Source: Octopus sinensis
Taxonomy: Eukaryota
DNA: 64,000 nt
Direction: 5' to 3'
NCBI RefSeq assembly: GCF_006345805.1
Contig: NC_043001.1
Span: 129,766,001 to 129,830,000 of the forward strand
Made by a program: the position numbers and the translations under genes. The notes under the pieces were generated by a model that was not told the DNA's origin, did no database searches, and was given only the letters and a program-made list of their open reading frames with translations. This document shows, piece after piece, positions 1-14,780 of this stretch (its first letter is position 1; each line of letters opens with the position of its first letter).

Positions 1-1121
1 TATTTTATTATTCATTTATTGCTTTTAACTGAAATATATGTCTTGTTTCTTGTTTTCTCAGCGATGAAAGCTATTCTTACGAGATAGAAAACAGATTATG
101 ATTAGTTGTTGACACTCAAATTGGATTAACTTCAAATTCTAGAAGAGAAAGTACATTATTACTTAGCCTGAATCTAGTTTTAAAGCAAGGAAATCAAAAA
201 CATATGGTTTATCATAATGATATTTACATTTTACTAACGTCTTGAGATGTCTAGGAAAATTATCGGATCTATCAAACAAAATAAAACAGAAATCTAATGC
301 TATCCCAAAAATCCAACTTAGGATTCCACAAGCAAGAGTGAAATAAGGTACAGCTGTCATATATATTTCTCTAAGTCTCTTCTACTTTGAATTTATTTTT
401 AGCCATTATTAAAGGGATTTTCCTTGTTATGTTGGCTTATAATACATTTAAGCTTATTTTTTTGAAAATAATTTTGGGTTGAAAATATATAATATGACAC
501 AAAAGATGAAAAATATAAATGAATATGTAAACAAAATCAGGAGATATTAAGTTTATCGGTTGTCAATACATTATTAAACCTGTCTTCACTTAAACAATTC
601 TTTAATCATTATTGTGACATTTGACTTTCAGACTTGACACCTTTGTCAAAGTTATTTAAAATGCTTAAGCAAGGAAAGCAGACCAACATCCATAACAACA
701 TCAATATATTGTCAATGTGTTTAAACATACATGTGTGCATATGTGTATGTATGTATGTATGAATGTATGTATGTGTGTGTGTATATATATGTATTTATTT
801 ATTTCTGGTGTAGGCCAGTTATAGGGTTATCCTGGGTTTCTCACCATAAAGGGTATATATATATATATGTAAATGGATGAATGAATTATCCTTTGTTTAC
901 CGTTAACATGGAAAATTCAATAAACAGTTACCATTTATTTACATTAATATTTATATATATATATATATATTATCCAAAATGTACAGTATTATATATTTAT
1001 CATGATACTATACATTTCAGATAATATACCCACTCTTTTGACAAATATATGAGTGCATCTTTCCCTGACTTATGGACTCTTAGATGACTCGTGTCTGTGT
1101 GTATATATATGTATATATATA

Positions 1122-1161
<40 letters not shown>

Positions 1162-1239
1162 TATATATATGAAAGAAGGTTTGAAAATGCAATTTTAAAA
1201 GGTGTTTATTTACTTTATATATATATATATGTATGTATG

Positions 1240-1279
<40 letters not shown>

Positions 1280-1537
1280 CATACATATATATATATATAT
1301 ATGCATTTCTGTATGCATATGGTCAAGAGCCAAAAACAGGTCAACATTTCTAATGAAACTATGAATAAATATCTTTGACTGTTCAAGTAGGTACCTAATA
1401 TAACACTTGAAAATATAAGCGTTCTTAAATTACATATGTATAATATGGAATATATTACCAATGTATTCTCAAATATAATATGAAATACATTTTCTCTTAC
1501 TATTTAGCTCAAATTAACTTTCTTTAAACTAGTACTC

Positions 1538-1845
1538 TGTTGGTTATAATGACAATAGTTCTAGTTGATCTGATCAATGGAACAGCCTGCTCATGAAATT
1601 AACACATGCATGTGGCTGAACACTCCATAGACATGCACACCCTTAATTGGAGAGATTCAGCATGACACAGAATGTGACAAAGCTGGCCATTTGGAATACA
1701 GGTACAACTCATTTTTGCTAGCTGAGTGGACAGGAGTAACGTGAAATAATGTCTTGCTCAAGGATATTATGTGCCACAGGGAATTGAACTCATGGCTTTA
1801 TGATTGTGAGTTGAATAACCTAACCACTAAGTCACATGTCTTCAC
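1538..1845 (-). mobile_element. tRNA-derived SINE, head C + tail Y (diverged)
   Basis: The reverse complement begins with a degenerate tRNA-like head and the CTTGAGCAAGACA-TTATTTCACGTT body seen at 17492 and 58530. It then switches to the 3' module of the SINE at 54093-54284. Confidence 0.75.
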
Positions 1846-1879
1846 TAACTTTCACTTTACAGTTATTTATACTCTTATT

Positions 1880-2200
1880 CTAAGGTGGAGTGATCCAAAC
1901 ACAGGACTTCATCAGTATGGCTATACAGCTTGTGAGACATTGGGCAGTAAATGGCAGATGATGTACTATTACCCTTTTTGAACATAGAAATAACACTAGA
2001 TATTTTCCACTTTTGTAGCCTCTATAAAGTTCTTGATTACCATTCTCTGGACTGATCAAATAAGTACCAAACTTTGAAAAAAAAATAGGCTTGGGCTGGA
2101 TTTGTTCAAGTAAAACCCATGGAGGCAGTGCCCCAGTATGGCAGTAGTCCAAATGATTGGAACAAATAAAAGAAGATAGCAAAAGAAAATTTTGAAAAAA
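1880..2200 (-). mobile_element. Decayed CR1/L2-like LINE reverse transcriptase N-terminal fragment
   Basis: Frameshifted translation gives WKISSVISMFKKGNSTSSAIYCP and CLTSCIAILMKSCV, resembling the W..A.V.PIFKKG....NYRPISLTS..KLME motif. Confidence 0.6.
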
Positions 2201-2311
2201 CCCAAAAAGGAGAAAATAAATATTGTAGAGGAAGAATTTAACATATAAAGAAGTAGATAATGAAATAGGGGAGAAAGAAATTAAGGTAATTGGATAAATA
2301 GCATAGGAAAA

Positions 2312-2364
<53 letters not shown>

Positions 2365-2649
2365 GTGTGTGTGTGTGTATGTAAACATACACTTATATAT
2401 ATATATATTTATGTATATATATGTATACATATATATGTGTGCATGAGAGTATATATACACACATTTGTATATATATATATATGTGTGTGAGTGTGTGTGT
2501 ATATATATATATAGTTTTACATACTTCATATTGACTTTTTAATCTTCAAACTGCAAATTTAACTTAATCAGCATTTTTCTTATCCTATAACACATACACT
2601 TAATGTATGTATGTGTCTGTATGTCTTCTCAAAATTCAATCAGTACACA

Positions 2650-2815
2650 CTGACACACAGACACACACATATACACACACACACACACATACATATATAC
2701 ACACACACCTCCACCACCACCACCACCACCACCACCAACACCATCACCACCACCATCACCACCACCAACACCATCACCACCACCACCACCACCACCATCA
2801 CATTCCCCACTACCG
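2650..2815. repeat. (CA)n followed by (CAC/CAT)n microsatellite
   Basis: Directly visible; it is the source of the poly-H, poly-T and poly-G ORFs. Confidence 0.95.
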
Positions 2816-2891
2816 TTGCCACACATACACATGTATAGACGAACTCAAAAACGAAGTTCAACACTCAATCTCACAATCAATAATCTCCTAC

Positions 2892-2983
2892 CCCACTTTG
2901 TCTCTCTCCCTTCTCAGTGTGTGCCTGGAAGAGGACAAGATCTTTGGCAATTTCATTAAGAGGCATTAACAACTCCTCACAAC
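2892..2983 (-). CDS. Candidate internal exon of unidentified gene (CEELLMPLNEIAKDLVLFQAHTEKGERQSG)
   Basis: taataag acceptor, GGG|GTAGGA donor, 92 nt with one open frame (phase 1 to 0) and helical-looking peptide. No homology recognised. Confidence 0.25.
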
Positions 2984-3088
2984 CTTATTAACAGAATTTA
3001 ACAAAGTATGCCCTCCAATCATAATAATGTGTATGTGTGACATGCACACGTGTATCTATGTGTATGTGTGTGCAGATATATATAATGT

Positions 3089-3312
3089 TCTTTTATTCTT
3101 TTAATTGTTTACGTGTTTCAGTTATCTGACTGCGGCCATGATGGAGTACCACCTTTAGTCGAACACACCGACCCCAGGACTTATTTTCGTAAGATTAATA
3201 CTTATTCTGTCGATCTCTTTTGCTGAACTGCTAAATTACAGGGATGAAAACACACCAACATCGGTTGTTAAGTAATGGTGGTGGGACAAAAACAGACACA
3301 AACACACACACA

Positions 3313-3354
<42 letters not shown>

Positions 3355-3508
3355 ATGGGCGTCTTTCAGTTTCTGTCTACCAAATCCACTCACAAGGTTT
3401 TGGTCAGCCTGAGGCTATAGTTGAAGACACTACTCCAAGGTGCCACACAGTGGGACTGAATCCAGAACCATGTGGTTGGGAAGCAAGCTTCTTACCACAT
3501 AGCCACAA
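3089..3508 (-). mobile_element. SINE family A (tRNA head, internal CA/TA microsatellite, AAAAGAGT-type tail)
   Basis: Collinear with the other family A copies (for example 37278-37730); A/B-box-like head TGGCTATGTGG...GGATTCAGTCCC. Confidence 0.85.
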
Positions 3509-3667
3509 ATTTTTTTTATTCCTTGTTTCAGAATTTACCAGTTCTTAATCTTTGACCTGCATTATTATTGAATCTTGGTTGAGTCTAACTAATTGAAATA
3601 TAATCTACATGTACTCTACAGTGTAAGGAATTCATAAAGTTAAAAAAATATTTTAAATAAATATAGA

Positions 3668-3835
3668 TACAGGCTTGGCTGCATGGGGAGAAGCTTGCTT
3701 CTCAACCACATTGTTCCAGGTTCAGTCCCATTGTAAGACACCTTGGGCAAGTGTCTTCTACTATAGCCTCAGGTTGAACAAGGCCTTGTAAGTGGATTTG
3801 GTAGACTGGAACCTGAAAGAAGCCTTTCAAATATA
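3668..3835 (+). mobile_element. SINE A, 5' half
   Basis: Head through GAAAGAAGCC, ending at the (TA) tract. Confidence 0.8.
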
Positions 3836-3928
3836 CATATATATATATATATCCAAAATGGAGATGAACACTATCCCACCATGTAATCAGCTTGAAAATG
3901 TATTAAGATATTAAGATATGTTTCTTAA

Positions 3929-4150
3929 TCCTTTTGTTACCATATTTCTGTTGAGGTGCTCTGTGTTTCTTTCAATTAATTTTAAATATAACAAAGAATT
4001 TAGTAAAATAACTTAGTTATCACTCAGCTAGCATTCAGAACATAAATTGCAACTAAGGTTTAGTGAAGGATCTTAATTCAGAAATTTTGAAAGCAAGATA
4101 TCTGTACTATAGAGCCAGAGGCAGTTTCAGGTGGGTTGGTATCAAAAGGG
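3929..4150 (-). mobile_element. piggyBac-type MITE family F (~220 bp)
   Basis: Reverse complement of 24332-24552; ends TTAA(T)CCTTTTGTTACC...GGTATCAAAAGGG. Confidence 0.75.
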
Positions 4151-4151
4151 T

Positions 4152-4390
4152 AAGGATAAGGCGGCGAGCTGGCAGAATCGTTTGCATGCCGGGCGAAATG
4201 CTTAGTGGTATTTCGTCTGCCGTTACGTTGTGAGTTCAAATTCCGCTGAGGTCGACTTTGCCTTTCATCCTTTCGGGGTCGATAAATTAAGTACCAGTTA
4301 CGCACTGGGGTCGATGAAATTGACTTAATACCTATGTCTGTCCTTGTCTGTTCCCTCTGTGTTTAGCCCCTTGTGGGTAATAAAGAAATA
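4152..4390 (+). mobile_element. SINE family D (tRNA head, Deu/Nin-like central domain) with 14-bp TSD
   Basis: GAGTTCAAATTCC B-box; GCCTTTCATCCTTTCGGGGTCGATAAATTAAGTACCAG core; flanked by GGTATCAAAAGGGT at 4138-4151 and 4391-4404. Confidence 0.85.
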
Positions 4391-4509
4391 GGTATCAAAA
4401 GGGTTGACATGAAACCAATGGTAGTATTAATTCACAAATAAAGAATTTTTATCCACCAATGCAGTGCTGAGCATTCATTCTCATTGTTCGACATTTACGT
4501 ATATATGTG

Positions 4510-4780
4510 CATGTCTGTGTGTGTGTGTGTGTGTATGTGTTATGTATGTTTACATTTGTGCATCTTTGTGTCTGTGTTTGTCCCCCACCACTGTTTGACA
4601 ACTGGTGTTGGTATGTTTATGTCCCCGTAACCTAGTGTTTCAGCAAAAGAGACCTCTAGAATAAGTACTAAGCTTTAAAATAAGTAAGACCTGGGGTTGA
4701 TTTATTCGACTAAAACCCTTCAATGCACTGCCCCAGAATGGCTGCAGTCTAATGATTTAAACAAGTAAAATATAAAAAAT
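4510..4780 (+). mobile_element. SINE A, 3' half
   Basis: (TG)n then TTTGTCCCCC...GAATAAGTACT...CCAGAATGGCTGCAGTC..AAACAAGTAAAA. Confidence 0.8.
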
Positions 4781-5589
4781 AAGAAGGAAATGTGTTACGA
4801 GTGCATGTAAGACAGTACAAATGTGTCAGGTTCCAAATGCAACAGATGAGATCTTTTTGAAGAGAGTGAAGAAATGGGAAAAGAGATAAAAGAAAATGCA
4901 AGAGAGAGGAAGAGAAAGAAGAGAGAGAGAGGAAGAGAAAGAAGAGAGAGAGAGGAAGAGAAAGAAGTGAGAGAGAGAGAGAGTAACTTGGAACTAAAAA
5001 TATGACAGAAATTATAACAGCTTGAACCAAACAGAAGCATGTAAGATAGAGGTGAGTGAGGCTGGCTGAAAGGTTTGTTGGTGGGTGGTGAAGAAAATAT
5101 CTGGAGACAGGAAAAAAATGGTACAAAGAAAAGAAAATAAAGCAAAATAACACAGATAGTTTTGAGAAAGAACCCACTCCACTTCAACTAACTACATCAC
5201 TCTTCTGAAATGGTTATCTGGAGAAGCCTGTAAATCATCAAATGAATGCAAACAAACCCAAAATAATGGTAACTTAACTGGCATTTTTCAGTCAATAATT
5301 CATTCAGTTGAATATAATACACACACGCAGAAGTGTGTATGTGTGTGTATATATATATATGTATATATATATATAGTGTGTGTGTATCATCATCATTCTT
5401 TAATGTCTGTTTGTGTCTGTGCTGGCATGGGCTCGACAGGGCAGATGTCAATGTATATGTTTATATCTGTTAATATGTACATCTATATGCATGTGTATAT
5501 CTGTAATTTGAGAGGCTATGCGTGTTTTTATGAATGCATAGACATGCAGACTAAAAAAACTACACACACTGACAATATATAGACATCTA

Positions 5590-5696
5590 TGTTTCAGACG
5601 TGCAACTATGAATATACATACATACATACATACATATACATACACACACACACACATATATACACACACACACACCCACACACACACATATATTAT

Positions 5697-5729
<33 letters not shown>

Positions 5730-6120
5730 CACACACCACACACATATATAAGTACACTTATGCAAACATACTTGTAACAGGGTGTATGATATGTATGTAC
5801 ATATATATATATATACACACATACATATATATGTATATATATATACATATACATGTATATATATATACATATATACATATATATGTATATATATATATAT
5901 ACATATATACATATACATATATATGTATATATATATATATATATATATACATATATACATATACATATATATACATACATATATATATATAATATATATA
6001 TACATATATATATACATATATATATATGGTTGTATGTGTGTGTGTCTGTATGGATGTAATATCATGCTAAGCCTGTATACAACTTATTCATTCAAGCATA
6101 AAAATCCGTGGGTAGATCAC

Positions 6121-6165
<45 letters not shown>
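5590..6165. repeat. Compound (CA)n/(TA)n microsatellite field
   Basis: Directly visible. Confidence 0.95.
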
Positions 6166-6699
6166 TGGAACCAAAAATTTACACAGTGTATGTTCCTCCA
6201 GACACAAATGCTGACATTTATGCACACACACACACACACACACATAAATGCCTGTACGTAAACACGGGAATTCACTGATATATAAATCTTATATAAATCT
6301 TTGTTCCATCTTCTGCCTTCTTCTTCTTCATCATTATCATCATCTTCAGAATAACACCAATTATTTGTGTGTAAGGATTTGTGTGCAAACTTACTATTTC
6401 ATTTGAGCTTATGCGCACATGCAGCATGAACAAACAGGCGTTAAACGATAATAGTGACGATGGTGGTGGTGGTGGTGGTATGGTAACATGGTTGGCGATG
6501 ATGATCATCATCATGATGATGCCAAAGATATGGAAATGAAATATACTTTATCTACATGCAATATATCTGTGCATTTCAGCCAACAGAAGCAAATGCATGC
6601 ATGCACAAAATATCACCCCCCCCACACACACACAAACACATCTATATACAGTACAGTATAGTTATCTGTTTAACCTCTGTGTATCAAAGTGATATATAA

Positions 6700-6770
6700 T
6701 TATATATACGTCTCATATATAAATATATATATATGTCATATATATAAATATATCATATATATATGTAATG

Positions 6771-6833
<63 letters not shown>

Positions 6834-7410
6834 TATATATGTCATATATATATATATCATATATATAAATATTTTTATTGTATATATATATATGTCATAT
6901 ATATATATATCATATATATATATATGTAATGTATATATATATATATATATGTGTGTCATATATATATATATCATATATATATATAATGTATATATATACA
7001 TATATATATATATCATATATATATATATACACTATATATATACACACATGCACACACACATCTGAATGTGCAATCTATTGCTATATCAAAGAGACGATGT
7101 GTGTATATATATATATTTATGTATGTATACACACACACACACACATTTATATGCAAACTCATAAGCTCATACATATACACATAGATATATATATATGTGT
7201 GCATGTGAGCGCATATGTGTAAATATCTATAATACTTATATGCAGACACACATATACAAAAGATAGACTTAGGGATGGATATCAACGTATACAGATTTAT
7301 ACATATATGTATATGTATGTATGTATATATATATATATATAATATATATATATATATATACACATACACACAGACACATGCACATATATAATATATGCAC
7401 ACACACACAG
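6700..7410. repeat. Degenerate (TA)n field with TCAT/GTCAT interruptions
   Basis: Directly visible. Confidence 0.95.
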
Positions 7411-7872
7411 ATACACATAAGTAATATATCTAGGTGTTTCTTGGCATAGTATATTTATATATCTAAAAAGAAATATACTTTTATATATTCAAATAATATA
7501 TCTATGTACATCTTGACATGATATATTTAAGCCGTATCAAAAGAAATATATTTATATATGTCCAAGCAATACATCTATATCTCTAGGAATAATATATTTA
7601 TGTCAAAAGAAATATATTTATGTATATGCAACTTTCATACTTTTGTACATGTTACTGTGATATACTTATGTACATCAAAGGGGAAATATTTATTATTTGC
7701 TTCTCTGTGCAACCTATTCAATTATACATCGCGAAAATATACGCATGGTTATCAAAATGTTCTATATATATATTTATGAACGTGATAAATATCTATCTAT
7801 ATATATATATCTATCTGTGTATCTATGTATCTATCTATGAACATGATAAATATCTATTTATCTATATATATA

Positions 7873-7919
<47 letters not shown>

Positions 7920-9068
7920 TCTATCTACCTGTCTATCTATCTATCTATCTCATTACTCATAAATATATATATTTATTTATGAGACAGATATCTATACGTG
8001 CAAAAAATATCATACAAATTAGAGGAAAATATTAATCTTTTATATCATTTTTATCTCACTTTCCTTTGGTTACATGTGCACTGTACAGCTGCCTGTAAAT
8101 TTGATTCCTCAGATAAGGGATTACTGGGGAGTAAATGTATCAAGCTGGTCAGATGATTAGCTGGGTGCCAACAATTCTGAGTTCAAACTACACTAAAATG
8201 AAAGCATTCCAGAAAGTTTATAAACTCCATTAAGTGGTAGACCACAAGATTAAAGAAAATCAGTGATGAACAGTGAAAATTATTTCATTGGTTGTCTATC
8301 AACTGAGACTAAAATATTATCATTAAGCCAAGGAAAACATCTTCCCTAAGTCCCCTTGACCTGCTAATCCATTATATTATCAAATTATTCCCTACCTTAG
8401 ACCTGCTGTCACTCTCCTCTCTCACTCTGATGAAATTTCTCACCCTTTCTTTCCCTCCTTATCCATGGTCTACATTCTCCCTTATACTCACCTTCTTGCA
8501 CCTGGAGGGCATGCTGTGGCACCACATTACCACCATATTTATCTCCTTTTCTGGTACTCCCTTCCACCCTCACATAATGTGTTAGTTATGTACCTCTGCT
8601 CAAGGCAAATGCACCTTTGACTTAAAATAAAATCCAGTAGCTGTTTGGAGGTTCCAACTTCCAAATGATGAATAGCTAAGCTCAATATTCCAAATCAATA
8701 AAGAAGTTAATGATAAAATATTGAAAGAAGTGATAAAAATCTTGGGTGTATGTGGGGTGGGGGTGCTAGGCTAGCTGATCATCAATGCGACATTTGATTT
8801 AGCGTGATTGAGTCATAGATTTTTTTTTTCTTTTTTAATTTAGAATAGTTTAGATTTGCTTAACATGAACAATATTTGTTATATTGACCTTCATTACAAA
8901 ACTGATAGAAAGCTACTGCTTTATCTATTCTATGTAACTGGAATAAGTTGACAAAAAAATAAAAAAATGGCTTATCTCATGCAGACAAACTAAAAAAGCA
9001 ACCCTAAACAAATGAAATACTTATAAAATAAATACAAAGCCTGTTCAACAATATGTGTAAGTGTGAGC

Positions 9069-9107
<39 letters not shown>

Positions 9108-9809
9108 TGTGTGTGTGGGGGGGGGAGAGATAAAAGTCTACACCAGAGAAAATGAGAACAACAATAACAATGATAAATAGAAACTGCAATTACACCGGAT
9201 CAATTGTTTAAGGCAATTCAGGATCAAAACAGAAAACAATACCAGGGACATTATCAGATAACAAGCAGCTGAAATATTGATGGATCCAGTATATCATTTT
9301 TAGTTATCTAATTGTATATTAATTTGCTTTGTTTTTGTCTATTGTTTCCCAACTGCCTTGTCACAAAGGCATGAGTATAGTCAGTGGTAATACATCTCAT
9401 TCACACAGGCTTGGAAATTGTATTTGTGAAGAAGAGCAATGGAGAGATAAGATGTGAACACAGTAGCTGTTCTCTTGTTAACAGGATTATGGAGTCAAGT
9501 ATGTGCTAGAGATACTATATTTCTTATTAAGCAAAGGACTTATATTATTATTCATATGTCTCATCAACAATGTTAACTGTGGAAGAACCATTGTTACATG
9601 AGTTCTAAAGTGAAGTATCAAACTCTGCACCATCAGTTCAGATATCTGAACTTGCAGATATATCTGATCCCTGCCAATATGAAAGAATTTGTATTATACA
9701 TACATACAGACTGAAACAGATGTTGTATCTGGGAGGGTCATTTTGCCAATAAAAACACATGCACTGTTTTAATCGATCAATATCAATGGAAATTGTAGCT
9801 GTGATACCA

Positions 9810-10190
9810 TTGCCGGTGGCACATAAGAGAATCATCTGAACGTGCCATTGCCAGTGCCACCCCGACTGGCTTCCGTGCTGGTGGCACATAAAAAGCACCA
9901 TCCGATCGTGGCCGTTGCCAGCCTCACCTGGCCTACGTGCCGGTGGCATGTAAAAAGCACCATCCGATCATGGCCGTTTGCCAGCCTCGTCTGGCACCTG
10001 TGCCAGTGGCACGTAAAAAGCACCCACTACACTCATGGAGTGGTTGGCATTAGGAAGGGCATCCAGCCGTAGAAACATTGCCAGATCAGACTGGGCCTGG
10101 TGCAGCCTTCTGGCTTCCCAGACCCCAGTTGCACCGGCCAACCCATGCCAGCATGGAAAGCAGACGCTAAACGATGATGATGATGATGAT
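9810..10190 (+). mobile_element. Retroposon family E ((GAT)n tail; internal ~60-bp tandem units)
   Basis: TTGGCATTAGGAAGGGCATCCAGC core, CCAACCCATGCCAGCATGGAAAG..TAAACGATGATGATG end; collinear with 44755-45135. Confidence 0.85.
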
Positions 10191-12560
10191 TAACTGATGT
10201 ACTTGGAATTATCTCGCTTACATGTTTTAGATTTTAAATAGGTAGAGTGGGTTTTATATTTTAAACAATCCTAAAAAGAGTTTCTATTCAAGGATATGTG
10301 TGTGTTTGTGTGTGTGTGTGAATGAGAGAAATTCTACTGTATATGTGTGTATTTTTTGGTGTTGAATATTGGTGAATATATTCAGAAAAAAAAAACAACG
10401 ACTGTTCTTTCAAATAAAAGTAGACATCACTCCATCACTCTTTATATTAAAGTTGAAAAGTATAATGACCAATGCATAAGTGTTTGGTATCTATCTACTT
10501 ATACATATCGTCCATTTATTAGTGAAAGTGTTATCTAATGTTACTTAAAATGATCGATTTGGAAATTAGGGAAAGCATGTAACTCACTCATTGCACCCAG
10601 AAACTGAAATAATGCAGTTATTGAAAAAGAGATGAAAATTAGAATACTGGTGTATATAAATATAGCATCAGCTCTTCAACAATTTCTGACATTATGAAAC
10701 AAAGAAGTAAATGTAATATATGGCTTATTCAGAGATAAGTAAAGGACCTGGTGTGTGGTAGACATTTGAAATAAAAACTAAATTAGAAAATTCTAGAAGT
10801 AGATGCCACGCTGTTTTTAAAGTGGTTTAGTGCACAGTGATTCAGGCATAAACTAATTGCAAGGTCAATTGTCACTGAAAATACCAAGCAACTATAAGGT
10901 TTCATGGAGACTTGTTTGTATATAGTTAGGGGTTTAGAATCTCTAAAATATGTCATGGAATTTGTAAAATTAACTTCTCTGGTTAAAAAAGAAGAGAAAA
11001 GAAGAAATTCCAGCCAGTTCTGAGGATGTTTAAAAAATATAGTTATGTATTTGATGACCTGGCTAAAAACAGTTTTTGATGATTTTTATGATTGAGTTTT
11101 AATACACTTGCACTATCCATGTCCCAAGCATGCTAGATTAGCAGAAATGTATTGTAAATATAACAAATTATCTTCAAGAAGAATTGAAATCAGTTCTCAT
11201 ACTTAATTCATTATAAGAATCTTTCCTAATATATTGTGCTTGCCAAAATGTTTATAAGCAAATGAGATTCAAATTTTAAAACATTATTAGCTGCTGCCGG
11301 TATAAAGATCAAATGTAAGAAATAAAGAATTCACTTTCTTACAACAAACTCTCAGAAGTAATAACAGCTCTTGTATAAGACTTTAAGAAAATTAAGCTGT
11401 TTAATTTAATTCCTCTTTAAAGATCATGAAATCTATCTAAAACAAAATTCTTACCAGTAAATTATCTGTTCGTACATGTCAGCGAAAGTAAAAATTAGTC
11501 CTCGTCAAATATTTTAGAAGATCAGATAAAGGAAAGTGAATAATTATGGTCCTTCTTTGGATATTGTGAGATCAAGCATGCTCCACAAAAATAAATTTTA
11601 TTTATAAATGAATCTATTACATTTACAGGGCATCATTAATTCTTTCTAAGATCCTATAAAATCAATTACAAAGTGAAAGTGAAGGAATAAAAATTTAAAA
11701 AAAATATATATTTCTTTGCCAAAATGAAAGTAAACTGAAGATAGAAAAAATCATAAAAGAGAGATAGAAAAGGAAAGGAAATTATATTTTGTATGTTTCT
11801 TTAATTCTTTAGATCAAACAGATGAAACCGAAGTAAAATTTACTTTTTCTTTGTATCCCACATCTTGTTTGCCTTATTTAAACACTACAGATTTTTTCCA
11901 TGTAAGCTGTAAAATACTTTGAGAATTCCATTTTTATTTGTCTTATTTTCTATTTGTTGATGCTGCAGCTACTTCTTTTATTTCTGTTTTTTTCAAACAA
12001 ATCACAAGATTAGATATAAATAAATAAAATAAATTCAGTCATGATGTTTTTACAGGAAATAAATGCAACTTAAAGATCAAGTAATAGTCTATTTCAACAA
12101 CTCAGTTCTAAGAATGGATTTCAGAAATACATAAACATTTTGCATCTTATGACTATATGGTGTTGCATTAAAATATATTATACAACTTGAATTTCTTTTT
12201 GATATGATCAAAATGGTTCAATGAAAGAAGTTTTGCCATGAAATGTTACTAAACCAAAGCGCTCTTTGCACATTTTTTGGCAAGATTCAAATTTAAGTAA
12301 CTTTAATTTCAGCAGTGAGAGTAGTCAAAAGTTTTTAACACAACTTGAAATCATACTGTCACTAACAATGATTGTTTATATTCTGTTGGAAAGAGAGTAT
12401 GGTAAATTGGACTGACTTAGTATATTACTAGAACATATTTTACTTTTACACAATTAGAGATAATCAATAACTAAAGTCTATTTCAGTGGAATTTGAATTT
12501 GGAAATAAGTGTGAGGATGAAAATAACATTGAATTGCATTTGGTCTGCAACTCTATTCTT

Positions 12561-12792
12561 ATTTCTTTACTGCCCACAAGGGGTTACACACAGAGGGGAC
12601 AAACAAGGACAGACAAATGGATTAAGCCAATTATATCGACCCCAGTGTGTAACTGGTGCTTATTTAATCGACCCCGAAAGGATGAAAGGCAAAGTCGACC
12701 TCGGTGGAATTTGAACTCAGAACGCAGCAGCAGACGAAATACCACAAAGCATTTCGCCTGGCATGCTAACGTTTCTGCCAGCTTGCTGCCTT
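12561..12792 (-). mobile_element. SINE D
   Basis: Reverse complement of 4152-4390 at high similarity. Confidence 0.85.
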
Positions 12793-12869
12793 CCAAATTC
12801 TATTCTTGAGGATATTTTACCACCCCTTGCTAATGAATGTTTCTGATTAAGTCACATGACCAGCAATCA

Positions 12870-13310
12870 TGAGGGAAGGAGGGTTAGTTGATATGATAGA
12901 CCCCAATACTTGATGGTATTTTATTTTAGAAATCCCAAAAGGATGAAAGGTGAAGCTGAGCTCAAGCCAGAATAAATACTGCAAGGAATTTTGTCCAATG
13001 CTCAAATCATGCGACCATTCCACTGCTAAAAATAACAGCTGTGAAAATTTTCTGTCAGATTCCTTGTCCATACAATTCAGATACAATGAAGTTGGCAAGA
13101 TAATAATGGTTTTGAATTTTGGCACAAGGTCAACAATTTTGAGGGAAGGATTAAATTGAATTCATCAGCCTCAGAGCACAACTGGTACTTATTTCAATAA
13201 TCCTGAAAGGATGAAAAGCAAAGATGACTTCAGCAGAATTTGAAAGCAATACATAAAGACAAATAAAATGCCACTTAGCATCCTGCTCAGAATGCGAGAG
13301 ATTCTTACCT
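12870..13310 (-). mobile_element. Two further degenerate SINE D copies in tandem
   Basis: AAAGGATGAAAG core at about 12939 and 13206 with flanking GACTTCAGC..AATTTGAA similarity. Confidence 0.6.
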
Positions 13311-13719
13311 TAATTGGCAAGACAATATTGACAGGAATAAATAAAGATGATAATGTTTATCATTTTGTAATGCAGGGAATTTCTGTTGGCAGAAACATTA
13401 ATCAGTAAGATGAATTTTTTTTATTATCACTCATCTGTCAACATTCTTGCATCACACTTGATTGATAAAATGAATGTAAATCATGAACTGGAATCAATAA
13501 TATGAATTGTATTTCTTTCCTTCCAATTTTTGCCCTTGAGACTACATAAAATAAAAAAAGTCAATAATTATTCCCCAGGATTTAAATTAAATGATATGTA
13601 ATTCAAAGAGTATATATTTAATTAAATCTAGTGGTGTCTAATATAAAAATCATACACAGAGAAAAGGGAATATAAACATCTGCTAGCTCAAAAAAAAAAT
13701 CACTTCTACACAACATATA

Positions 13720-13770
<51 letters not shown>

Positions 13771-14164
13771 TCATACATATATATCTGTGTGCATACTGAT
13801 GACATCACCGTTCCAAAAAGGATATATATATAAATATATATATATATTATACTATATGATCACCATCATATTTCATGCATATCTATATTGATATATAAGA
13901 TTTTAATTAATCATTTGAAAAGGTATTCCAAATAATTTGCTTAAAAAAATAAGTGGATTCTGGTACAAAGTTTGATTCCACAAATTAGGGAAAAAGACAA
14001 ATAGAAGAGTAAGAAAATTTCTCACATAGGAATATACTGTACATGAAACAAATAAGCTTAATTTATAAAATTATATGGTCTTGAAGTAAATTTAGAATCA
14101 AATGAAAAAACGCAATAGAAAACCAGTTCACTGTCTTTCCAATGACAAAACGTGTTATGGAACA

Positions 14165-14375
14165 TTGTTAGTTGTTGCTTAGTTCAGCATCAAACCTGAC
14201 TGAGAAGAACTATGATCAAGAATGCAATCATTTATACAGGACTGATTATTCCATTCAGGGCCATCATTCTGTTTTGGAGATGTCTAGAACTACATCATTC
14301 AATGGATCCTTTACATTTTTTAAAGATGCTTTTGATTTGAGGGAAATTTAGCTGGCTGCTATTTCTAGTAAATCA
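14165..14375 (+). repeat. Unclassified dispersed repeat family H
   Basis: Similar segments at 39660-39870 (+), 39415-39560 (-), 14810-14945 (-) and 51870-51965 (-). Confidence 0.5.
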
Positions 14376-14509
14376 AAACCAAATGCCTCATACATGAAGT
14401 TACCACTATGAAAATATTATATGAATACACATGATTACCATTATGAATACACATACACACTCCTAATAATTTATGTATTGTTCCCAATCATTATATCAAG
14501 TTTCGATTA

Positions 14510-14780
14510 GGGAGTAAATATTTAAGAAAACGTGGAAGTGGATTGGTAGCACAATTAGAAAAGAAACACCAAATGTAGCAAAAAGTGCTTTACAGTGGAA
14601 AGCGGATGGATATAGAAAGAGAGGTAGGCCTAAGAACTCATGGCGTAGATCAACACAAAAGGAACTAGAGAAAGGGGGACATTCATGGCAGAGTATAAGT
14701 ACAGAAGCTAAAAATTATGTGACATGGAATTCAACTATAAGTGGCCTATACTCCGCATTGGAGAGCTAAAGGCAGGAACA
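14510..14780 (+). mobile_element. RTE-clade LINE C-terminal fragment
   Basis: WKWIGSTIRKETPNVAKSALQWKADGYRKRGRPKNSWRRSTQKELEKG matches the RTE C-terminal W.WIGH.LRK...AL.W.P.G.RKRGRPK.TWRR motif. Confidence 0.85.

Noticed and set aside
163-360. Minus-strand 65-aa ORF (MTAVPYFTLACG...)
   Set aside because: No recognisable homology and no convincing donor; the hydrophobic part is a T-rich tract.
2607-2969. Poly-histidine or poly-threonine protein
   Set aside because: It derives from a (CAC)n microsatellite with no coding context.
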